A stretch of DNA of 20,000 nucleotides from Catajapyx aquilonaris (lineage: Eukaryota), in contig KZ538497.1 in assembly GCA_000934665.2 (NCBI GenBank), positions 46,276 through 66,275 of the forward strand. The letters are read 5' to 3'. Position numbers and translations under genes: made by a program. A model generated the notes under the pieces. That model worked only from the letters and a program-made list of their open reading frames with translations, made no database searches and had not been told where the DNA came from. How positions within the stretch are numbered: position 1 is the stretch's first letter; every line of letters starts with the position of its first letter. Positions 10,386 to 20,000 of the stretch are shown one piece after another.

Positions 10386-10530
10386 CGGAAGTGAAGCTGG
10401 CAAAATAAGGTATCAGCATGCTGATTGGTTTTCTGAATGGTTGGAGTTTGATACATACCAATAGGAGATTGACTGACGACGGGGAAATTACTTCAGTATA
10501 AGTAGTCTCCGCTCTCAGGATTCGCAGTAG
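10386..10530 (+). promoter_or_regulatory. Candidate Pol II promoter (ETS-like site, two CCAAT boxes, TATA-like box, Inr-like)
   Basis: CGGAAGTG at 10386, ATTGG at 10424-10428, CCAAT at 10458-10462, TATAAG at 10497-10502, and GCAGT with its A at 10526, 29 nt after the TATA start. Motif arrangement only. Confidence 0.35.
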
Positions 10531-12132
10531 TTTGAATGAAGCGATGTTGCCTGCATAAAATGCATGTGTAATAATTATATTCGGATGCTTCTGAAGTTCG
10601 GATCAGAATATCAAGAAGATTATTGTACAGAGCCTAAACTCTATCATTCTCTCCTGCGATCACCTGGCTAGTGAATTCGCAATAATTTATTTAAAAAAGT
10701 CATTACTTATCGTATCATCCAGGTGAGTGGATTTTTTGGCCAAAATTTTTGCTGGAAGCTAAACAAAAACTACAGCATAACGGAGGGGACACTCTCTGAT
10801 TTGGAAGCATGCCAGTTTACATGATAGCAGTGAGAGCCAAACTTTTTTTTTCCTCCTCTCTCTCCCTTTCAACCAGTAGTACATTTGGACTACTATTACA
10901 CCTGAACACTGCAACTACTGAATTAAAAGCACGCGACTTTTCGACCCGAGCTCCCCGACCTAGTTTCACCTTCACTTCGAAAGTACCGCCGGAGTTGGCT
11001 GCTAGAAAAAAGTTGAATTAATAACCATTGTTGGACGACGACGCAAAGCGAATCCAAGCCTTTCCTCTCTCCCCCAAAAATGTATAAAAAAAGGTGATTG
11101 TCATCCTGACTGCATTGGGAGGGGGGGGGGGGGCGAGATTTTTGAGTGCGTTGGAAAAGTTGAGCCCGAGTCCAATTTGATGACAGCGTACGGAAAGAGG
11201 ATTGCGAGGGGGGGTCGAAAAAAGGGGGCCTTTGACAGAGGTAGGGGGGTGTGAGAGAAGTGGGAGGTAAAGTTTGAGCAGGTGCAGCACATATGAGCCA
11301 GAAGCCTAGTTTCCATGTGAAAAGAGGGAGAGGCGTAGATTGGAGCTCATTATCCTAACTATCACCCCTGGGTTGGATTGCTCACGCCGATATTGCCCTA
11401 CAATGGAACTGTCACTCTCTGCAGCAAAAAAAGGGGGCCCTGGATACACACCTTTTCCGCAGACAGTGATTGATAGGGACACAGATTAGTTTCCCTTTTC
11501 TCCTTGGTGGGTCATATTTTTGCAAAATGATTGTGGAGGGGGAGACGCGAAATCTCCTGCTGGCCTCAAAATTGTGGAATCGTTCATGATAGTCTGGCCG
11601 ACACTGCATGTTCTACACATTTATTGACAGTCGAACCAGCAGTGTGCGACCTTTCAAAAAACGCAAATGGATCTAAATTAAATTCATAATCTAATCCTGC
11701 TGGGACGGAGGGTTGGCTGAGTGCCTTTTATTTTCTCACGAATTTTTGCATCAATTTTTTTAAAAAAGAATGTCTTTGATATAACTCCAACACTAATTTC
11801 GCCTGTGCAAAACCTCCTTGCAAACCCCATATTTCCTCCGATTTCTGCAACGTCCCACATTTCCTCCCGAGTTGCTCTCTAAAGCCTGTGAAACTACAAC
11901 CGTGCCGCACGCCTTATATTACACCCTAGGGGACACCTCCCATTAGACACACCACAACAAAAGAAACGGGCTGAGAAAAAGTCGCGGGGCCCTGCTCATG
12001 AACCACTATTGTTGAGGCCGCAAATAACCGAACATTACGTCACAGGCCCTGTTTCGTAGATTGGGCCAAGTGCAGTGCGGGTTTTAAAGATATGGCGGAA
12101 CACACGTGAGGAATGTAGTCGCAGTTTGGTTT

Positions 12133-12271
12133 CAGGGGCCGATAAATCCGGGTCCAGCGGGGCGGAAATGCAGAGGGGGGGCGGCAGTCGACGGGGCGGA
12201 AAATCAGGGGCGAAAGAGGATTTGGCCTAAGGGACAACGATGGCCGTGTCCGCCCCTAGATCGGCCCCCTG
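12133..12271. mobile_element. 139-bp GC-rich MITE-like element with CAGGGGCCGAT termini
   Basis: Left CAGGGGCCGAT (12133-12143) and right ATCGGCCCCCTG (12260-12271). Internal GGGGCGG repeats face an inverted CCGCCCC near the right end. No TSD recognised. Confidence 0.55.
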
Positions 12272-15200
12272 CACACAACATCACTCTCTCTATTTTTCCT
12301 CCGCAAAAAGGTTTCCCGAATTCGCTCGGAAAATGCACCGAGTCTAAAAGTTGGGCTGCTGGAAAATTCTTGCAAAAGAGCGGCCGGAAAATTTTAGAGC
12401 GCGATGGATCTTTCATAACCGGATTAGCAAATGCAATTAGCGAGTGTAATCCGATATTCGCGCCTGTGCGTTGTCACTTTGCTGCCAAAGCGTGCGACCT
12501 GTGGAGCCAGCAGAAAAGTTAAAGCATGTTACTGAATCTTACCCGCGGATTTTAGCTCAAGTCGCACACTGTGATTGCAGGGAAAAATTCAACCATTTAT
12601 TTTTAAAAATAATGTTTAGCTAATAACACGTTTTACTTGTGTCAAAGGCTAATACGACGCTTCCTTGTTCGACAGCACATTTTTTTACAAAAAAAAATAC
12701 TTGAGAGGATACAAAAAAAGGGTTCATTGTATTGAAAAGCGACAGACAGTCGGACACTCGGCGCCAAATCGAGTTGTTATAGGCGTCAAGAGGAATCAAT
12801 ATGTGTGAGCCCCATAGCCTGTTGCAGCAATTCCCGGATAAGAAAAAAAAGGAAACGAAAGAAGAATAGTGAATCCCTGCTCTACACATCAGACACACAA
12901 GGGAAGAACTCCTTGAAGGTGAATGAAGGAGAAAAAGGAGAGTCGGAACTGGCCACGGATGGCCGATCAGATCCTTGCATTATATAACGGGCTGCTCCTG
13001 TCTCTCGGACTGGGTTGAAGGCAATAAAAGGCATGTTTCCATCGGATGCTGCAGACAGAGTACGACCTGCTCTGGAGAGTGGTTCGCTGGGGACTCATCC
13101 CACCCGCTTCACCACTACACTTTACGTCTTCTCACACCATCTCTTTGCCTGTTGACTGCTGCTGCATCCCCCCACACACAAAACAAGAAGCCTATCTGCA
13201 GGGCTATTTCTTATAGGTCATTCGGTCCCTGAGGAATCTAGACGCACACGGCAACCCGCAAATGAGCGTCATTGTTACCTGGCGGTCCAATCATGAATCC
13301 GATGCAATCAGGGAGCTTTCTTTTTTGTGTGGGCTAGTAATTGGATGAGAAACGCGGTCATATTTTGTCCATCAAGATGGTGACGCATCAGCCGAGGCGG
13401 GCTCTCTCTGCAAAGGGGTGAAATTGGAGCAGTCTTTTCTTATTTCGGAGAAGTCCAGGGGGTTTGGCCCACCCTAGGGCTCATTGCTCTGCCGGACTAC
13501 CTACTAGTGCAGACCCCTTTTACGATTAGGGCCTAGCCCTGCTGCCCTTTTTTGGGGGGAGGGTGTGTCTACTGTTATAGCCTCAATGCGGATAGAACTG
13601 CTGGGAGAGAGTGTGTTGTGTTAGTGTTGCATGGCCCCTGCTGTGCTGCTTCACCTCAAGGTTGACACTCTGACCTGGGTGGCCAACTTTGGACAATGGC
13701 AGCAGGCAGCCAGCGAGGCACGTTTTGTTTCTCCGCGGTTAGAACGGCTATTGTTGTGTCAGTAATAGCTGGAGGCTCAAAAGTCAAACATTTCGCTAAC
13801 ATGAACAATTACAATTTTTTTTCTCTCCCTCGTAAATAATCCATTATTATTGCACCATCCTGGTGAGTGAGTAATAACTTATAGGCGAATGTCACAAGTT
13901 GTGAGTAATATTCTTCAGGTTCTAAAAAGAAACCGAGTGTGTCGCGAAAGTGACGGTTTGAAAACCTTGAAGGCAAAGAGCTGTCCGAAAGAGTTTTGAG
14001 GGGGGGTCAGAACAGGGTGGGGTGGGTACTTGTGTAGAGGGGGGTGGGGGTGATGCTGAGCCGACCCTTTTTACGCCGATTGGACGGGGAATTGCGCCGC
14101 GCACCTGGCAACTACTCCTTTCCCACCGCATTATCCCGGATGCCCTTTTGCCAAACTTGGCGCCTTCTCTATTTTTTGGGGGTGCCCACAAGAAGGAGAC
14201 GGAAAAAAAGAGGAAATAGTCGGAGGGACGAAAGGCTCGCAATAAACGACAATGTTGCCAGCCCTTTCTTTTGGTACAGGGTGTTTCCAAGTGTCGGCCG
14301 CACATCCAATATTTGAAGCCAGCCCTTGGGAAAATGACATGCAGGAGAAACGCAAACAGCTAATGATCTTAATAACAATAGAAGCCACATTCATACACAA
14401 CCGGCAAAAATTACAATAATAGAGAGTCTACTATATTCTTCGGATTTCTATTAGCAGTGCTCTATTGTAAACGAGCTCTAATAATAACAAGTCAGTGGGT
14501 TATTATTGCAAAGATGACAATGCCTTTCCCGACTTTTCTTCGGCACAGCATCCGGTTGTGGCTTCTGATTGGCTCCAGGTCGTGACACGGCTGCCTCGTC
14601 CAAAGATATTGATTATTAAAACCTTACAAAATCTTCAAAATTAACTTTCTCAAGGTGTAAGGTCGTAGGGCATTCGTGCCATTGTTACATTCAGGTGTCT
14701 TATGGCCTTGACGCATCGCTATTGGTTCCAGGCAGAATGGAGTGAGTGATTAGACCACAGGCGGCTATAAATTGTGCGCGCGCAATAGTCAGGCTTAGGA
14801 CATGGGATGGGGGGCACAAAGGGAGATGGTACGAAATAAAATGGGTGCCATGACGGGATCTTTACCTGTGGGATATATGGTCGGCTCAAGGGCTTAGTAG
14901 GGGCAGCCCCCGGCCTGTTTTGACAGAGAGGTCCCACCAGATGGAGGTAAAGGACGCCACTTGACGCCGATGGACGCTACCCACGCCTGAGGTGGCGCAC
15001 AAGCCTCCCGCGGGGGACATGCCGGCCTACTAACCGAATTACGCCCTTAAATAAACCCACTTATTCCCTTCCTGCTCTCCACTCATCAACCTCCATGCCC
15101 TCGGAATAATTTCCCTACCATTTTCAACACCTTCCGCTCTCCTATTGTGAACTGCAACAATGTAATGGCAACACGATCTATCGCTGCATGTATTTGGCGA

Positions 15201-16610
15201 TATAGGAGCACTTTGCAAAATTTCCGCCCTCCAGTTGGCAGGATTGGTCGGATTGTAGGCAGAAGTGAGTGCGAATAATGAATGGGAGCCCCCTGCTGAG
15301 TGGGAAGTGCTGGATGTAGACATGAAGAGTGTGTGGAGGTGCTTTAGAAATAAAATTTCTCCACCCCAAAAAAGAGAGGGTTGGATGCAGTGTTGCCATT
15401 TTTGGAAGCTGGCTTTGAAGAAAGCTTCTCCGGAGAGACTCTCGGGGAGAGAGAGAGAAGAATCTGCGGCGGCGGCTTTTCAGGCGCACTGGACTGGAAG
15501 GAAACACGCGTGTCCGGAATTTTCTCAGCCTCACTCTATCCTGTCGCTGTCTGTCTTTTTCTCTACACAGCAGGCCCAGCACCCCCACCCAAAAATCTCC
15601 TTTTTTGCCTTCTGCCACTGCCCCCCCCCCCCTCAAAATAATTGCCTCTCTCCTGCAGCCATCTGCAGAGCTTACACAATTTTTCTCTTCGGATACACCT
15701 CCACTATCTTTTACAAGTCACGTCTTAGATCTATATGAACTGGGTGTGGGACATGCATTGGGTTTGCACAGGGTGTGAGAAAATGCCAGGAAAGTTGTTG
15801 AGACAGGTCAGGCCATGTGCTTTTTTGGACATCCCCGATACTGGGAGGAATATCATGTTGAACTCTACAAAGGACTGTAAATCTATCAGACACATGCAGC
15901 AAAAATATAAGACCTGAGAGCAATAACAAGCTCTAGGGCCGCATAAAGCAAGTCCTATTACGCATGGGACGGTTTCATTGTGTGCTTAACATCTCTCTGT
16001 TTTTTTTCCTGTTTTTTTCTTCTCTTCACCCGCGACACAAAAATGAGTAATTAGAGGGAGCTAGAGCAGATATAACGATCGGCATTAGGTTCAGCGAGCC
16101 GGGAAGAAATATCCGGGGATAACAAGATCCGGGTGGGGGGGTGTTGGGAAGGTGATGTCGAAAAAGAGAGAGATGCCCCGAGACTATAATTCGGCGCAGC
16201 TGTTGCGACATAAACTGAGGTGGCGTAATTGAGTCTGTACGCGGAAAGGCTTTGCGGCAGGACCAGCGCCTCTAATTGCCGCCGCACTAAACGTACTGCA
16301 CTTACAATCCCCCTATCTCTGCAGTCAAATAAAGGCCAATCTGCTCACCCCCATCCACCCCCAAAAACCCACCCACAGAAACAAATGGCCCGGCAGTTAG
16401 AGTCACAAATCCCTTTCTCGCGGGGGCAGGAATTTTGGCTCCTCCTACCCTAGAGAAGGAGGGCACCTCTTTCTAAAGGTCTCTTCATTTCCCAAGGAGG
16501 ATTAACGGCCGAATTAATTGCGACGTTATTTCTGAGACGATCTGCTTCGGTGTCAGTTCCAACACACTTGTCCCACCTTGTCCGAAAATTACCACTTACA
16601 AAGTGTTGGG

Positions 16611-17070
16611 GGTCCTTAGCCTACATTTTTAAAACCAATATATTTTAAAGTTTTTTAAATAAATTTTTGTGCTTTTTGTTTGAAGAAATTTCTATTAGTT
16701 TTCGAGCTATGATCGATCATAAATCATATTAATTATACGGTACTGTGACGTCACTGTGGCTGAACTCCAAACAGATCGGTGCAGAGGCAGGAACGTACCC
16801 TGGCTGCTTTGTTTGCTTTGTTGGCGGGCCTAACAACAGAATCGAACGACCGCCTATAGAGGAGGTGCAGTGGTTTGATGACGTCACTGTGGTTAGGCAG
16901 GAGTGGGAATGCGCCCTTTAGGCCACGCCCTCATGTTTCCCGCCAATTTGAAAGTGGCTTTTAAACCCGTGATAATTTATCGAGGAATGGCATTTTGGTG
17001 CTGAAAAGTGGCGGAATGTATGGGTTGAGCTATTTTGTGTACAGATTTCAGACCCCATTATGAAAAAAAG
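16611..17070. mobile_element. Interspersed repeat copy 2, same orientation as copy 1, diverged
   Basis: Shared blocks: GGTCCT(A)TAGCCTACATTTT, TTTTCGAGCTATGA, TGACGTCACTGTGGCT, AACAGATCGGTGCAGAGG, TGATGACGTCACTG, TTCCCGCCAATTTGA and GGTTGAGCTATTT. Has 36 extra bases relative to copy 1. Confidence 0.8.
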
Positions 17071-17142
17071 TGTGGGTTATCTTATAATATTGGCAGCCCT
17101 GACGATCAGGATGGTTTCTCACGACTTTGTTCATTTGTGATA

Positions 17143-17182
17143 TTTTTTTCTTTCTTTCTTTCTTTCTTCCTTTCCCTTTTTC
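17143..17182. repeat. (TTTC)n pyrimidine simple repeat
   Basis: tttttttctttctttctttctttcttcctttcccttttt. Confidence 0.75.
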
Positions 17183-18440
17183 ATCTGGAGTCTGGACATG
17201 GAAGCATTTGTTGCCGAGTTGAGAAGGTGTTGGGTAGGAAAGGGGGTTTGGGAGGGGTCAGGGAGAAGTTGGGGAGGGGGGTTGAATTTTCTTCTTGCAC
17301 TCTTGCTCGTAGCCATAGTTCGGTTCCGGTCGCCAGTCACGTCCGGAATTAGTCCTCCGCTTTCGGGGAAATAAATCCGCAGCTAACTGCGGCAACACGT
17401 TTTGCGGGGCTGTGGCTGCGCTGGTTTGGTTTTTGGGAGAAAAGAGACGGGAGGGGATGGGGTGTGGGTGGGGGGGAAAAAAGAGAGAAGTAGGGGGGGT
17501 TACCAGACGCACAGATTACTCTCGCCAATTAGCCTGCCAGCTGGCAACACCCAAGCAACGTCCCTTGGACTACTTGAGTCGGAGAAGGAGACGACGAAAT
17601 TTGTTGGACCCCCCCTTTCTCTTAATGCGAGTCCATTTCTTCAGAGGCCCGGAAAACAAGAGCTTGTCACCTAATGTTACAAGTGCGACGCAAAACTTTT
17701 TTTTCCTTTCCAATTACTGAGACCGGAGGGCCATCAAGTACTACCAATTAAAGGAACTACGTTTCATAACTGCGAACCAGCGAATTGGAAGCGATTGGCA
17801 GATTCGTTCAGTCACAAGGAGCCAAAAATAATCAGTACTGCGCAAATAGTGGATTCTTTTATGCTCTCTGCAGCCTTTTCATGAAAATAATATCCGAATC
17901 CAATCCAGTTTATTTCACATCTTGTTCCCAGAGAGTCTTTACATAATGTGCACTTTTTATATTTTCAGTAGTCCACATGGTATAAAAATTCCCCCAATTT
18001 TATAAGTGAACCTGTCAATTCACCTCCAATTCCCCCAGATTCACACTGAATTGCCAAAAAATGAAGTTGACATGATCCCTGATTTTTTTTAAACAATTTA
18101 TTTTACATCAGGTGGATTATTAAGTGAGGGCTTGAACCAGGAGGTAATAGGGCTAGAGGAAAAGGGGCAATGGGGTACAAGGATGGCCATGCAAGTGAAA
18201 AGCAGGGGAACGCTCCAGGGATTTTTTTTCTCCTCTTTTTTATAACAAAAACGCAAGGGGGGGGGGATGGTTGTGATAGGGGGTAGTTGGGAGGGGGGGA
18301 TGTGCTGGGCCTCCCGGAAATGGCTCCGTAATCGAATTACGGCTGATTCGCCCTCGATACGCTAGGCCCGCCGGAACCTGAGCCTCATGGCAAGAGGACA
18401 CATATCTCTTCCGAATCCTAAACACTCCCCAGGATAAAAA

Positions 18441-18454
18441 AGAGAGAGAGAGAG
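18441..18454. repeat. (AG)7 microsatellite
   Basis: agagagagagagag. Confidence 0.7.
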
Positions 18455-20000
18455 GATAGGGTTTGAAAGTTTGGCAACACTGCATCAAAACTCTGCGACA
18501 GTCATTAATCATAGTTGCTGCTTACGTGAAAGTATCAGCCAAATATGGACCTAATTTTGCTGATTTATTTTTATTGTGAATTTCGAAAATCGGTTGTGTC
18601 TCAAGAATTACTTATAATTGACTCCAGCATTGTCGTAATAACAATGCGAGCCAATTTGCATATGCTTCGTCGTGTATTTTTCGTGGCCAAAAAGTGTGTG
18701 AGAAAATGTCAGTGTCAGATGTTTGTTTACGGCTGGAATGAAGAGCAGCAGCAATTAAGCACACCTTTTCCCTCGTAGGGAATAATTCAGTGGAGGGTGA
18801 GAGGGTCTTTTTGCAGTGAATTTGGGAGGGGGGGTTGTTGGAGTGGGGGCTGTCATGACGTCACATCCTTATATTCTTGCCCCTAGTGTTTGCCTCCAAG
18901 TTATGCCTTTCACACCAAAAGCGTCGTGAAATGTCAACTGCCATTCCCACTGCTCCTTCCACTCTGTTACTCCCCCTTTCCCTCTTCACTCCCACAGGAA
19001 TCATCCCTTGCTGTTATTATACCAGGAGAAGCACAGCCTGGTGATAAATGCTTCAGGACAAATATTGTATCTGCGGATGAACCTTGATGTATCTCTTGCT
19101 CCTATATTCAGGTCAAAGAAATGCGCATGAAACACCCTGTACATGAACACTCCATAGCTTATTGTGTGAACCATTACCTTCCATATAGAACGGGAAGTAT
19201 ATCGTGTGCCCGAGGGGGGGAAAAAATAAACCTGTCGTTAGCTGTAAAAGTGCGAGGGTGTAAGCTCTCCCCAAATTGAAGCTTGATATGCTAATAACCC
19301 AGGGTTGTTGCTGTATTAAAAGTGAAGGGCTCGGGCGGCTATCGGCGTTTAAAAATCTATTAGAGGGACGAGTGAAGGGCTATAAAATCGCGATTCCTCT
19401 CCCATGGTACGCTACCATTAAACCTTTTATAGGAAGAGGAGGGGGGGCAGGCTATATTTATTCCGCATATATTTTTTCGGCGGTCAGGCTGCCAACCCAA
19501 TGAGTTACTAATCCCCCATTGTTCTTTCTGTATATAAATGGCCAACTCTTTTTTTTTCCCGGGTCGTAATCCCAAAGGTTGGGTTTTGAAGGGAAGTGAA
19601 GCTGATGCTGAGCAAACAGGGCTCTTGTTTGGTGTGGACTCCGGATCCGTGTTTGCCTTGCATTTCCGGAAAGTGCGCCTCTTCATTTCCGGATACATCT
19701 ATCCGCCGACTGGGGCCTTTTCAAACTCTCCAGCAGTCATCCCCAGATCACAAAACCTGTCAGTGCTGTGGAGATGCCAGCTGGTTGCTAGCCTCAACAA
19801 TCAGCAGTCAGCGTGATTAACAATAACTTAAAAATAATTACCGTTTGAATAGAAAATTGCTACTATAGTTAGTTAGAAACTTCTTTTTTTTTCTCTCGCT
19901 TATTTTTTTTTTTCTCGAAATGACTTAGTGGGAAGTTTGGAATGGGTGGGGGGGAAATCTTCACTCCTTAGCCGTGAAAAAGGGGGGTGTTGAGGGGGTG

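Noticed and set aside
15178..15738. Overlapping 152- and 157-aa ORFs on opposite strands
   Set aside because: They run through homopolymers and GA repeats with no domain features or convincing splice structure.
1..20000. CRISPR array, operon or prokaryotic defence system
   Set aside because: No regularly spaced direct repeats, very low coding density, and spliceosomal introns indicate animal genomic DNA.

Overview
This is eukaryotic genomic DNA from an invertebrate, probably an arthropod. It is mostly non-coding, with many G/C/A/T homopolymer runs and one N. There are no prokaryotic-style genes, RNA genes or CRISPR arrays. The one well-supported gene is a spliced + strand gene with four coding exons (4145-4313, 6235-6377, 7592-7721, 8915-9221). 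Its GT-AG introns are phase-compatible and join into an open frame of about 249 aa. The product is a Cys-rich (14 Cys in the predicted mature part), probably secreted and GPI-anchored protein built from two tandem 6-Cys repeats with neuritin/CPG15-like spacing. Its first, signal-peptide exon could not be identified. The introns and the ~10.8 kb downstream contain remnants of non-autonomous DNA transposons: two diverged copies of a ~460-bp element carrying CRE/E2F-like motifs, several TA-CAGGGTG ends, short TIR elements and a hairpin. They also contain G-rich tracts and a candidate TATA/CCAAT promoter followed by a splice donor. Almost all other ORFs in the supplied track look spurious.
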